This document shows, piece by piece, positions 39,501-53,351 of a stretch of DNA of 64,000 bases. The position numbers and the translations under genes were made by a program. The stretch comes from Paraphysomonas bandaiensis (taxonomy: Eukaryota; Protista; Chrysophyceae), in NCBI GenBank assembly GCA_965644295.1, contig CBFFRP010000046.1:62001-126000 (forward strand). Reading direction: 5' to 3'. Under the pieces are notes generated by a model. It had not been told where the DNA came from. It saw nothing but the letters and a program-made list of their open reading frames with translations, and did no database searches. Numbering within the stretch: the first letter of the stretch is position 1; the number at the start of each line of letters is the position of its first letter.

Positions 39501-42500
39501 ATGCCGACACTGATTAAGTCAAGACAGAGAGTGGTAGCACCGCAACTGTTTAGAGCGTTGACAACAGGTGCGGCGGCGATATCTTCCTCCTCGCCACCGT
39601 CTTCGTCCCGCTCGTATATGCTCATTCCCCATCTGTTCTCGATCATAGTACGAAATGATCTAATGATCCACGTCGTCGTTTGAACACATCTACTATCCAA
39701 GCGCTTTACATTGTCCACAATTTCCAAGCGGTCTCGTACATGTGCCACTAACTTTTTAATGAAAGGCTCATAACGAACGTCACTAACTACAGATGTATTG
39801 TCCACAAACGGCAACTTCTCAATTTTTGCGATGAAGTGCTTATTTTCTTCTGAGGCAATTTCACGCACGTCGTCGCTATCAACTAGTGCAGCAAGGAATT
39901 CCGAATATTTTTTAGTTACTCTTACCTCGTTGTTGCTAGTTGAAACATCAAGGAGCTCCACACCACTTTCCTCTTCGTTCTCATCATCTCCCTTGTCGAC
40001 AAGAGGTGCGCTAAAATCCATAACCAGCGACTTTCCAGCGCTTTTACTCAGACTATCCATGGCAAACATTAAATATTTCTTATGCTCTTCTGAAAGGGAT
40101 GAGAAATTTGGTTCATAAATATTTTTAACACACGTGAATAGAGTTGAGATCAACTCATGAATTTCTGTCAAAGTCATCTGAACCATGTCACCCACTGGGA
40201 CAACAGTATCGTCAGTTTTGATTTTCGCGGGGTCGTAGCAGGTTTGAAAAAACCCAGATACAATCATCGCACACACCACGACATACTCGATCTCTTGTCT
40301 GCGCACGCCACTACCACCCCACCCGTGTTTTTCAATCTCCTGAAGACTGGGTACAGCATCCTCGAAGACTTTAACATAAGACTGTAGCAGACGCCACATC
40401 GCAGCCGACTGTCCCATTCCTGGAATGACAATCTCTACCTCTATCATTGCATTAAAGAGAAAAAGGCCGAGTCGGCATTTCGCCAGCAATATCGAACGCG
40501 GATCCAATATAGCATCTATTATATCCTTGGCATCAAATACGGATTGCACTTTGGCTTCCACTGTCGTGATATTAATTCTACCTACAGTGCATCCAGACAA
40601 CACTCTGAGGAACTCTAAGTGATACCCAAGTTCGTGTGGGAGGTCGTAAACAGAAATATCAGTTTTCTTATCTAAAAATGGCGCCATCATTTCCACCTTC
40701 TCTTGGTAGGATGGATGGTCGACAGGACAAAAGAAGACTACCATTTTTTGCAGACGGGCAGGAGCAATGAGCTGTTTAACAGTCTCGTACTGATTCTCTA
40801 GCACATTTTTTTCTCCAGCATGTGTGATTGAGGCTAGGAGTGACAAGTATTGAGGGTGTCTACCCTGGCGGCAAACTTTCTCCGTAAATTCTGCGATATA
40901 CGATCGTGGACAGGCCTTCATGAGAGCTTCATTGTTCTTGAATATAGCGTGTATTATTTTGTGGCTTCCTATATCCATGTCGAGAGTATTCAAGAAGAAT
41001 TCAAGGTGATCATAAGCTAGAGCCTGGTTTTCGGAATTCTCTATCACGAACCAATAAAGTAACTCGTTACACAGTGCAACAATATCGCGATTATTTTGAG
41101 CGGCTAAGGGTTTGGTTGCCTCATCAATTTCGTTCAAAAGACGCAAAACTTTGAAAGCAACGTCAAAAAAACCTAAATTGCGAAGTAAATTCTGAATGGA
41201 CGGGTCTGGCGCAAAATCCTCATCGAACTCGAGTACCTTCCTCTGAACTCGACATAAATCTGTCAGATCCCTGAGAATATCTTTAATAGCTTTGTCTGTC
41301 CTTCGATCCGCCTCTGTTTTCAACTCCCCCCACAACTCATTCGTTTCAGAAAACCTTTCTAAGTCTAAAAGAAAGTGGTCGATATTTCTGTACTGGCGTT
41401 CACGTTTAGACGACACTAGTAATTGAACTTTCTTTGCATTCTCGATCAGTACCATCGTAGACGAATGATGTGCCATGAGTACATCTAAGAGGACTTGAAC
41501 CAGGTCAGCATTTGTAAGCATCAAGTTGTCGATAAAAATATCATCAAATCCATCACACCCGAGGGATATTTCTCGACACTCAGCTACGACCTTTCTGAAT
41601 ATCTCTGTAGGAGATCTTGTGTCTGCGCCACTCTCCCACTGATGAAATCCCCGTAAGAGTATTGACAAATTCCTGTCTTCAACAATTCTTTGTACATAGG
41701 CTAAAATATTTACAGCTTCAACCATTGTTTCGAGCTCATGTTCAGGAGCATTCGCATATCGTTCTGGCAGCTGCCACTCGTCGTATTGCTTCACAGCCAT
41801 ATCCTTGAGTTTTTGAACCAAGCGTGCAGCACGGAACACTCGAACCAAACGCACAAGTCTGGCGACTCGAAGCGATTTCGTGTACTTAGCTCCACTTCCA
41901 AGTACTCCAGGGGCTGCAATGATAAACACATCGATAATGACGACAACAATATCAATAACATTCAGTATATTAAGGAAAAACGGAACAACAACTTGTTCCA
42001 CGGCCACATAGCAGTAAAACCGCAATAGTATTTCAGCACAGAAGACAGCGGTAACAAAGTACTCAAAATAAGTATAGGATGGTCCCGTTGCTCCGGTGAA
42101 AGTCTGTGAGACCAGTACAGACAGGGCAACGACAACGAGCAACACTACAAATATGACGACCGGTAGGGACTCCAAAAATGTAAGCATACGCCGTTGCCAA
42201 CTGTCTCCATCCGCCTCCGTGCCCATGCTTTCGAAGGAGCCATTTCCAGCAGAAATTTCAGTCATGACTTTCGACGGACCTCGCTGAATACGTGGTCGCT
42301 TCTTCGAACTGGAAGTCCCACTCCTGCTTTTGGGGCGTTGTGTCGATTCCTCTGTGCCTTCGTCAAGTCTTCTCCTATCCAAGGCAGCAATTAAAGGGCC
42401 AATAACATCCATAAGCTTTTCAGTAGTGCCATAGAAGTTAAACATGACCAGCTTGTGCATAAGCTGCATCATATGTACCGACAGACCATCCCAAGGATTT

Positions 42501-45323
42501 CCTCGCATGTGATGCACGTGCTCAGAGATTAACTGCTGCAGAAGTGCAAAATGGTTCTTGCGTGAGATATCCACATAAGGTAACTGCGGTATTGGATTTC
42601 TAGTAATCTCACTCCAAGTGCGCGTTAAACACGGGACACAGCTGATAACCTGTGGGTCTCTGTCCACATACAAGCGCATGACAAGTGTAACAGCCGCAGA
42701 TTTAAGGGTTTCGTTAACATTCATCTTAATCATTGTTACGAGTGACTCATACGTGAAAAGCTTTTCCAAACTTCGCATGGCGACGTAGTTCCGTCCTAAA
42801 CACATCGATGCTGCCAAAAACAGCTCCGACGCAAAATATTCTGCAACGGCAAGTTTATTCTCTTGCGTGGTTCCAGTGATCCGTTCACCAAATCTGTCTC
42901 CTGGACCGGCTACCCCATAAAGCTCCTGTATGTTTACAGATAGCTTACCGAATAGGCCCAGTGGACTAAAGTCAATTGAGTTGGTGGTCCATGACAGAGA
43001 TAACTGGGGTAGACCTTTGGAAACCAAGGACTGTCCCAGCATCGGTGACGCTGCCTCCTTACTAGCAGGGATATAAAGACCACGGTCCCACTCTACCCGA
43101 ACAGGCCGCGCAGTGTCAGAGTGCACCTGGATAACGATATCATTAAAGTCCTTGAAAACAACCTCCGACACGATTATTTGGTTTCCAACGACCCCACGCC
43201 CTTGACATGTGCAACACGCCCGGAGTAGGTCTAGGTACATGCGGTTCATCTTTGATGACCTCAATTTTTCTGTAAATATTTTGATCTCGCGGGATCCAAT
43301 TTTTTCCTCTTGGAGGTCCATGTTGCTACTCAGCATGTCCGTTACACACTTGGCAGCGAGCTGCTGTGCACCCACATGCGCCAATAGAATTGGCATCGCA
43401 TCGCCAACAAACATTTGGTTTCTTGGGTTGCGCACGATAGTATAAAATAGCATATTGAGGCTGAACCGAAGAATAGTTTGCCCCATAGTGATCACTGCTT
43501 TTTCCTCTTCAGACTTGAAAGCCTGGCTTTTTGCACCAACACCAGATACAGTGTTGTCAGTCCTCACAGATATCGGAATAAGTTTTTTAATTAGCTTCAT
43601 TAGTATGCCCAGAGTGCCTTGATCACACATCATATTCTGCCTGTTGGCAATGAGATTCTTCTGAGGAGGACCATGCAACAACGTGCTGGATGTTGATATG
43701 GAGTAGCCCTGTGCGAACAAGGTAGTTCTCTCTAATATTGACTCGAAGAAAACAATTTCGCCCCTATCCGCTCCTGGCCAGAGCGTTCCTGCAGAGTAGT
43801 CCGACACCGGAACCTTAGTTCTCTCATATATTTTATTTAGAAAGTTTCTGGCAGCGACCCCCACGTACACATCGAGTGGTTCGTCCACCGCTCCCCTAGA
43901 ACACTTTCCCTTCGATCCGGGTCTGTCCTGAGTTTCTTTGTATCTATTTATCAAGAGACTAACAGCTATATTTTTATCCTTCGTCCCGTAGTTAGGGAAA
44001 GTATCCGTCTCATCGTCGTAGTCTCCACGAGCGAGCCACATGCCGTTGACACTCATCTGGATGGCCTTCCCATCTGAGAGCAGGCTATTGTTGCCGTAGA
44101 GTTCCTGGACGCTGAATAGAGTTCCTGGTGCAGACGACGAAGTCGCAGTGCAAAGAGTAGGGCTCGCATCATCATCACCAGACTGATCCATCGCCAAATA
44201 ACGACCGGTATTAAGATTTCGAAATCGGATAAGATCATTTTTCCACTGTACTGTGCCCCCCACCTCAATGGTTTTTGACTCAATCACCCACAAGGAGTTC
44301 GTGTCCACATCGCCATGCACGCTTATTGGCCGAATAGCCACATCGGCAGCGTCTTCAGAAGAGGGCAATGTAGAATGCTCCTCGTCATCCTCACGAGAGG
44401 TACTTGAGTATACAGTGACATTAGAATGTGTCTCAGGGTCGTAAATGAACACTAGCTGTGAGCAGAGTAGCAGATTGGAGTCTGTCACCTCCTTCACGTT
44501 CTGAAAGAGTGACAGCTTCCACGATGAGCTCTCCAAAGAGCAGTTTACCTCGTGAAAGTATTCTGGGGGGGGATCCTTTTCCGAACAGTGAATGTATTCG
44601 TTGGGTCTTTCAGCTACCTTGAGAAGGACCTCAGTACCGCCCAGAATGCGGTCACCCTCGCGATCTATCTTGAATCGTGGAAGAAGCTGCAGCCAAGAAT
44701 ACGAGTTGCCCTCTGCTGTGAGAGATATGCGAATATTTTCCCTCTCGTCTCGTGCAAGTTGATCAGGAACTATAGTCACAAACTTTCCCGACTTAACATG
44801 TAGGAGCTGTGCACAGAATTGCATTTGTCAGGAAATAATACACTGAGTGTGGTGAACGTACTTGTATAATATCCCCGAAAAGAACTGTGGTTCCCATTTT
44901 CTGCCTCATATAGCTCTCATTTAACTTGTTTTCATTGTCACGACCGCGCTGAATACAAAGGTTATAGATCATTTAATACAGGTTACTTTTTTACCCGCAG
45001 GGCCTGAAGATATTTGACTGTGTTGCTATCTTCGATGGGAGTGTGCGATGAAATTTTATGAGTCTGTGTGAATGTTTCGAGTTCATTAGAAGCGGAATAT
45101 TGCCGCTGTAAGTGAATGCAAAACAGAGCATCTTCAAACGATGGTATTGTTTCGTTGACAACAACATCTTCCAACAGTATGCCCTCTGCACACAAATAGC
45201 TATTTATTTTAAGGTTCTTGATGGTGATCAAGTCTCCGATCTTCAGAGTATCTACAATCCATGTTAATTAATTACAAAAATCAAGCGGCTCTCACCATTC
45301 TCAATCGCATTTCCGAAGTCCAT
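36559..45323 (-). CDS. IP3 receptor/RyR-superfamily Ca2+-release channel with an inserted voltage-sensor domain and C2-like tail
   Basis: N-terminal beta-trefoil/MIR motifs (QLLHVKSGKF, RFRNLNTGRYL), RIH repeats, RIH-associated FLQLMCEGHY and EVIQGPC, six-TM channel with LNVIFGIIIDTFGDLR, zinc finger CFMCG...HIRFDHNMWNY. Intron 37903-37951 joins ORFs 37889-44824 and 36559-37779. Start MDFGNAIEN at 45323. Confidence 0.95.
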
Positions 45324-45824
45324 GATGGTCTCGTTGTCTTCAGAGTATGCGCGTAAACTCTTAACGATACAGCACACAAAGCAACCAGACACTAGCCCCG
45401 ATAGTCTCTGTCTATACTACGGTAACAGACATGGCTGTTACGAACAAATGGTGCTATATGGCTGTGGTTATCTGACTAACTATGCTATGAATAGATTCGT
45501 ATGATGAGCTGGGTGTATGTACGCATAGTATACTATGGAACAGTGTGGTACAGTGCTGTGCGTAGGAGTGTGTGTGTGTGTGTGTGTGGGTAGTCTGTAA
45601 CGCACTCCTGCCTGATTTTTGTCGTTTTACAATCCTCGCCATCGATTGTGCTGCTCCTGCCTTCGATACTACAATCGACTGGGATTAATAAATCAACCAA
45701 TGAGAGCTTCATACTGTAGATTACGTCAATGCAATTGGGCATCACTACAACAGTGCCAAGAGAACCACATACTCCGTATATCACTCTAGAACTAGAGCGT
45801 TGAACATATCCATACACAGGCATA

Positions 45825-46980
45825 GTGCTGAGTTTACCGTTGCTTGCACTTGGCAATAGTGTCCCCAAAATATTTGTACGCAACGTAAGTCTTAAACTGC
45901 TCCTTTCTCTGGCACAACTACTACTTGAACCAACAGACTTTTCTCTCTGGGGTTTACGCTCGCAAGATGCAGTTTTATGGCTTATTGAGACTCGCATTTT
46001 CAATTGGAGTGTGGATGGTTGGTGCATTTAGCATTCCAGTAGCTCTCGGATTTCTTTTCTTCAGAGTATATGTTTCATATTGTGTTAGACGTTAGCTGAA
46101 GTTCTCTGCGCAGATTTATACTCCGGTTTATATACTGGCGACCTACTACTCTTTTAGATTTTTGTTTCCTGCTCGGTTCTGGCCATGGTTTTTAGAGCTA
46201 ATGGATATGACCGCTGCACCATATTGCAAAACTCAAAGAGTAGTTTTTGAAGATGGTGCTACGTCTCCCGCTCCTGACTCGAAAACAATGGTTGCGTTAT
46301 CACCACATGGTATTCTCACAATAGGGTGGATGACTATGGTGAGTCAGTGACATTTTGAAATGAGGGACTGATATTTACTGTTACTGCAGATTACAAGTAA
46401 AGAGTTTCGTAATTCCGGTTTCAAATGGCTTGTTGCTGAGGTTCTTAATATGCTGCCCTTCCTTGCAGATATCAACACATGGTGTAACATTACTGGCTGT
46501 GGGAAGAAAGATATGATCACCTACATGTCTTCGGGGACAAATGTTGCTCTCATTCCCGGTGGGTTTGAAGAAGCGACAATATACAAGCGTGGTTGTCACC
46601 GTATCTTCATAAAGGAGAGGAAGGGCTTTGTTAAATATGCATTGCAATACGGCTACAAGATTATGCCCGCTTATGTGTTTGGTGAGGAAAATACCTATTG
46701 GCAAATGGACATGGGACCCTCCCCCAGCTTTGCACTCTGGCTGAACAAATACAAGATACCAACCACATTTTTTGTGGGCAAGTACTTTTTTATGCCGGAT
46801 AACGACGCCAATATTAATGTCGTGGTGGGCAAGCCTCTTGACCTTCCGAAACTAGAAAGCCCATCGGTGGCTGATGTAGACAAGTACCACTCTCTATACA
46901 TTGAGGCAGTACAAGGCATATTTGACAGAAACAAGGGCAAGTTCGGAATTAGCAAAGATGTTGCACTGGAGGTGTATTAG
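45825..46980 (+). CDS. Diacylglycerol acyltransferase type 2 (DGAT2/MOGAT family); 5' end uncertain
   Basis: ALSPHGIL (HPHG-like), LIPGGFEEA, RKGFVKYALQYG, PAYVFGE, VVGKPL and VDKYHSLY. Confidence 0.88.
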
Positions 46981-47597
46981 TAAGAACGTTATGTTAACAA
47001 TGCATTGTGAGTGATGCGGTTGAATTACCGTTAAATTCTGTTCTGTATCTTATGTGGATATGTGGAGTTTTTGTTTGATCTGCGCACTATGTGTGTACAT
47101 AGTGGAGTATAATCCTGCTATTCTTACACCGAGTTGCTTTATTTCAACGTAATAACAACAGTGACTCCACTACATTAACAGCATCAATGTATATTTCAGG
47201 TAGACTCAAAACTATTCACGTAAGGATATCATCATGTGCATGCCACTACGAGCACAGCAGTTACGCAGATGTAGTGAATATCTTGCCAAGGGCTTTACGC
47301 TAATTTGCTTTATGGTGCGTTGAGTGTTGACTGAATTAAAATTCTTCATATCAATTCTCTGTGTTCTTGATATGTTTCGTGTGCTCATAAAATATGGCGC
47401 TGATAGTTTAGCATTTAGCAGCTCTGCAGTGTCGAATATCGTATACTGCATAATTACTTTACAATCCTACACAATACATTCTTTTGAGCGAGTATTTCAC
47501 AATACAAAGTCTTCGTACCGACAGTATTTCGTCTAGTATGCCATTGTAGTGAGCCACAGAAGAATCGCAATGTAAAAACAATATACTACTCTTTTTT

Positions 47598-48497
47598 AGT
47601 GCAGGTTTTTAACTCCTATTGCTAAATAATAAGACTTTTAATATAATATACTACTCTTATGCAATGATTTCTACCAGGATTGTGTTGTCTGTAATCGAAT
47701 AATAAGCTTCATAAGAATATATATACAACTATTATCTAATTTGGTGTAGGTGCTACGTGTTTCATATTCCCTAGAATTAAAGGACACGAAAAACAAATAT
47801 AATGACGATATCAAGATTTGATTATGTTAAACAACTTTAGTATATGAACGCTAAACTCTCTCAATACGCAATTAGTAAAATAATAATCAGCATATATATT
47901 ATCATGCATTATCAGTTTTCTCTCTACTACCAATCAATATTATTCTATTATCAGATATCAGATAAACACGATCTTATTATACTGTCAAAGTATTTCAGTT
48001 ACTATAACATAATATATATCATATTATTAAATTTCACCATCGACTCGCACCTTTTCGCGGTGTTTTGGGGAATAAGTGATAAGTACCGGAGATATTTCTC
48101 CGGGAAACTAACGTGGGCCGCATATATAGTCAGCAGATATTGTTTATTATACTATCATATAGCGCTACAAACGCTGCTTGTACGTCACCGCAAGCGCTTT
48201 CGCTCTCTCTTCTTTAGGTGAACAGCCCAGATGCTTGACTTCAGCTGGCAGCCCAATATCCTAGATGTCCTTGAGATGGGCCCATTTCCGGATGCCGGTT
48301 TATTGGTGGGAAGAACAATATCTGCTGACTATGTATGTGTCTCACGTTAGTATTCCTGAGAAATATCACCGGTACTTACCCCCCAGAACACCGCAAAAAG
48401 GCGCGAGTCCAACTTTGTTGAGGGTGAAATTTAATAGTATGATGCTTTGGTGCAGATACTTAACGCCTATTGCTAATAATAAGACTTTCAATATATG
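47598..48497. mobile_element. Cluster of SINE-like fragments in mixed orientation
   Basis: 3' tails at 47598-47645 and 48448-48497, plus-strand 5' part at ~48018-48145, minus-strand segment at ~48160-48445. Confidence 0.7.
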
Positions 48498-49004
48498 AGA
48501 CAGAGTTGACAAACTGAAATATATTGACTGTACAAGATCGTGGCTATCTATGACACGATAATATTGATTGGTAATTGAGATGATATATAAATCTAGTGAC
48601 GACAGTAAATTATAAGAGATTATTGAGTGAGTTCTGAGTACGGTTAATTTATTGACTATTTAATATCTTTGACTACGTATTACTGTTTTCTGTTTTCACA
48701 TTGTATTTAACGTATTCTACAGTACTATCTTTGAGAAACATACGTATTCAAACATAATTACGTTTTATCATCCTAATGTCAAGCTCTGATATACTTGAAG
48801 CCGTCAATTCTACTATAACCGCTTTATATTTGGCTAGTAATTCCTACATGAAGTAGTGCGATCTTACTTTCGTTGACTGTCGGTCCAGCATGTCACAAAA
48901 TACTTACTAGCAAAAACTCGTACAAACTCAAGCAACATTCTAAAATGCTAACGATAGTTATTATAACACCAAAAATTAGGATGTTATCAAGCTACATTAT
49001 TCAG

Positions 49005-50206
49005 CTATGAGTTTTCTTCTTCAGCAAAGCCCGAAAAGTTAGGAACACCAGGGGCTCCAGATGATCCACCTTGGGCTCCGCCCTGCCCCATCATAGCAGC
49101 CAGAGCAGACATATCCGGCATGCCACCTCCACCTCCTCCACCCATCATGGACATCGCTTGTTGCATCATGGCAGGGTTTTGCATCATTTGTTGGGCCATC
49201 TGCATCATGGCAGGGTTTTTCATCATTTCAGCTATGCCACCTGAACCCCCCATCATAGAAGCCAAGGAGGACAAATCAGGCATGCCCCCAGCTCCAGGAG
49301 CAGGTGCCGCAGGCTGGCTCTTCCGCTTTTCTTGCTCCATCTTCTGCTTAGTCTGCTTAATGGAATCTTTGTGACTGGAATTGTCCGGTTCTAGCTCAGC
49401 AGCTCTTTCATACGCACGTAGTGCTAAATCGTACTGCCCAAGGAAATAACGCGACAGTCCCAATCGCGAGTGCGCCTTCACATACCCAGGGTTCAAAGCT
49501 ACGGATGTTTCACAGTCGTTCGCTGCCTCCTGGTACTTACTCAGGTGACAATATGCAGCGGCTCTATTTGAGTAAAAAATATGTGAGCTGGGACCATTGG
49601 AGCTAGCAGATATTGCCTCAGAGTATAGTGCAACAGCCTCGTCATATTTCTTCTTCATTAGGGCATCATTTCCTTCCGCTTTCTTCTCCTCGGCTAACTG
49701 CTCTTTCTGCGCTTGGGACATGCCGTCAGCTTTGCCTGACGACTGCACACTTCTTGTTTCCAGCTTGCTGAGGAACTTGGAGACTACCTTCGCGTGTCTC
49801 TGCTTGTATTCCATGCTTCCTACTTCGGCACCCTCAAAGTAGCCTCTCTTTTCAACTGTGCTTAAAAAGGCAGGAAATTTCGGATTTTCTGTTACTGAAC
49901 GTAGTCTAAAATAACGATCGATAAGTCACACCAACAACATGCAGGCTGCACACATCACCTCTCGTCATATACTTTAGCGCCCAGGCTCTCTACACCAGAA
50001 CTGAATATCTCAGGAAGCTCTGTGGGATAATAACTAAACGAGTCGAAGTCATCACTACTCTTCGAATCAACTCCAAACACTAAGCCGATTTGCTCACAGG
50101 CTTGATCGATGTTGCCTCCCAAGGACTCATTCTTTCTTTTGTGTGCCTGAAGAAATTGCAGGATTTGATACGCTAATCTCTTATCGTTCAAGTCAACTTC
50201 GCTCAT
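49005..50206 (-). CDS. SGTA: Small glutamine-rich TPR co-chaperone (SGT/Sgt2)
   Basis: N-terminal dimerisation motif KRLAYQILQFL, three TPRs (AEEKKAEGN, FYSNRAAAY, YVKAHSRLG) and an M/Q-rich STI1-like tail (NPAMMQMAQQMMQNP). Confidence 0.9.
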
Positions 50207-50614
50207 ATTTCGATTATAATTGACTCGATGTGTGTATATATATATATGTATGTATGTATGTATATCAATTGAGATCAAAGTCTCAGTGCTCTGAGCTCAG
50301 CAGTGTATGGACACAGCGGTATACTATACACAGCAGTATGCCGTGGGGTGGCCTACAGCAGTGTAGTACGACTACTATTAGTGTATTCTGCTGTAGGGGG
50401 TCGCTGAAATTTTGCTTGATTCTAGAATTCGGTATTTTGTGTTGTATACCGTTTGCGTTTTACAGCAGTAGTATTGTATTTTACATACAGTATGTACAGC
50501 TGCACCATTACAGGCACAGGTACATATACAGGCGCAGGTACAGGCGGAGGTACAGGCGCAGGCAGTACAGTGGCTGAGTCTTCCAAGTCATTGATCCGCG
50601 ATATCATTCCCTTC

Positions 50615-52604
50615 ATGCTACCTGTGCTTGCATCAGCAGTATGTCATTGCGATTAAGTGCAGCATATTTTGATGCTCGGTCGAGTAGAAGACTGCTCCGA
50701 ACCGTAAGACAATATGATTGCAGTGAGTGCCTAACGAGTGCCGCAGATAACCAGACAGAGCAGCGGATGCAGCGGAGATGCCATTCCAAGCATGGATGAT
50801 ATCATCAGTCTCTGTAAGCGACGGGGCTTCATATTCCCATCATCTGAAATATACAATTCGGTAGCTGGATTTTATGATTTCGGACATCTCGGCGTCGAGT
50901 TGAAGAATAACATCAAGAGCGTCTGGTGGAGGGATATGGTGCACCGTCGAGACGATGTTGTCGGTCTGGACTCAAGTATTATATCTTCTTCTTCGATATG
51001 GAAAGCTTCTGGACATGTTGACAGCTTTTCAGATCCATTAGTGGACTGCAAGGTAATTCATATAGTATGAATATGCATTATGGTAACACTTCTCCAGGAA
51101 TCGAAATTAAGATTTCGAGCAGACCATGTCGTATGGGGGGCAGTTGAAACTAAAGATGACGGTAGACATGTAGGATATATTTGCTTTGTGAGTGGAGGTA
51201 AGAGCAAAGAGGAATGTGCTGAAGAAGCGACGAAAGCTGCTCGACGACTGGCGAAGAAGCAGGGCATCGCAGGGCCACTGCGCACACCTGTATTGCACGA
51301 CTTAACAGCAGTACCACCAGATATACTCCCACTGTTGCCCTCTCCATCAACAGGAACTGTAGGAGTACTCACACCGCCGCGTGACTTTAATCTTATGTTC
51401 AGCACTAGTGTTGGGGCAGTGGCAGATGGACAGGACTCTTCCTATCTGAGACCCGAGACTGCCCAGGGTATTTTTACAAATTTTCTTAACATTCAAAGAG
51501 CCGCTCGCATGAAGGTATAATGTTTGAATTTACTAATTTTAATTTTATTCTCATTTTTCTACTAGGTACCATTCGGCGTTGCTCAAATCGGAAAAGCGTT
51601 TCGTAATGAAATAACACCTCGGAATTTCATTTTTCGTTCACGGCAAGTCACATGCAGACCAGCATATCTGATAAGCGGTTAATGTTATGTATATTACAGA
51701 GAGTTTGAGCAGATGGAAATTGAGTATTTTATTCCACCAGAGGAGGAGGCATGGAAAATGGTATGTACCCACCGCGTACTTAGTAGTGTAACCTGTCTCG
51801 CAGCACCATGAAGCTTGGTTGGAAGAATGCTGGCAGTGGATACTGCGTCTGGGGCTTAGACCATCTTTGCTTTCTCGTAGAGAGCATTCTACCCAAGGAC
51901 TTGCTCATTACTCAAAGGCATGCACAGATATTGAGTTCCGCTTTCCCTTCGGTGTACAGGTAGAGCGCTGAATTTTCTGGGAAGCTTAGGCTAACTGTAA
52001 CTGCAGGAGTTGATGGGGGTCTCTGCCAGAGGTAGCTTTGACTTGGATAGCCACAGTCAGCACAGCGGCAAATCTCTAGAATACACGCATACGGAAGCAT
52101 CAGATTCCGGTAATATTACACGGAAGTTTATTCCTCACACCATAGAGCCCTCTTTCGGGCTGGATAGGTGAGTCTAGCTTTCGTTTACCTGTAGCTCCTT
52201 ATTCTATTTTCAGATTGTTTCTTGCAACTCTTGTGTCTGCCTATCGCGAAGATTCGGTTGGAGGAGAAAAACGAGTTGTGTTATCTTTACATCCTGCTAT
52301 AGCCCCTATTAAGGTGTCTATAATGCCGTTGGTAAAAAATAACGCAGCTGTGGTCGACAAAGCACAAGAACTCTACAAACTACTTCGGCACAGAGGTACC
52401 TTTAATTGTGAGTGGGATTCGACAGGGGCTATAGGGAGGAGATATCGTCGTGCAGACGAGATTGGCACACCTTTTTGTGTCACTGTAGATTTCGATAGTC
52501 TGGAGGATAATTGTGTTACACTGCGCCATAGAGATTCAACACTTCAGGAGCGCATTCCTATAGACGAAGTTTACCATACTGTGTCTGAAATGATACAGTG
52601 GTGA
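50615..52604 (+). CDS. Glycyl-tRNA synthetase, homodimeric type, probably organellar; start uncertain
   Basis: [81 protein letters not shown] and [20 protein letters not shown]. The intron at 51643-51699 is GC-AG. Confidence 0.93.
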
Positions 52605-53351
52605 TAGAAGTACTATATGCCAAAAAGTAGCGAAGGGTTTAAAATTAATTTTTGTATTAGCAGGCGGGGTATTTTAAGTTTTTTCTGTATTGTTTAGGGT
52701 AGGGTTAGGGTTAGGTTAGAAATCATTCGTCTACCAGTTTCTGCTAGTTGGCTTTTGATAATCGCATATCCGTCAGTTCTCTCTCGTGATGTTAAACTTT
52801 TCTGTATAGCTCTTAATTCTTAATTGAGGGAGTGTTGAATTGCTAGTATGTTTCTACGCATTACGCATGAATCGTCGCCTCGCTCTGGAATGAAATGACA
52901 GTTGGAATGTTGGAGTTGCTATATTGGCAGGCAATGTAGTTTAGTGCTAAATAAATTGCAATAATTGGAATTGAGATATAGCAAATAAGCAAGTAATAAT
53001 TGCAATTATAATTGACTACAACCTGCGTCAAATAATTGACAATTAATTGGTACGCAGTCCTGCGATATAGTAAGCAATAAACAACACGAAACGATGCAAA
53101 TTTTAAATTGATTATTGAGTGAGCTCATAGTTCAGTTACTTACTTGTAACCATCATAAATGTCCAACACTGATAGTCAGAGGTTAACTTCAACAATATGT
53201 CGAAATTCAACAAAGGAAATGTACAATAACGTACTGTCTAAAATACTCTTTCTGGAATACTCTTTTAATTTTCGTCCTAGTTGTGGTCCATTATTAAATA
53301 TTCTCTCTACTCTCTATTCGTTCAATAGGTAATAATTAGAAATGAAATATA

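Noticed and set aside
41804-42199. The VSD as a separate nested gene such as an Hv1-like channel
   Set aside because: It is in the same uninterrupted reading frame as the flanking IP3R-homologous sequence, with no own start or stop evident.
50509-50562. YRRRYRRR/GTGTG ORFs upstream of GlyRS
   Set aside because: A degenerate hexamer tandem repeat (tacagg/cgcagg) in a bidirectional spacer, with no coding evidence.
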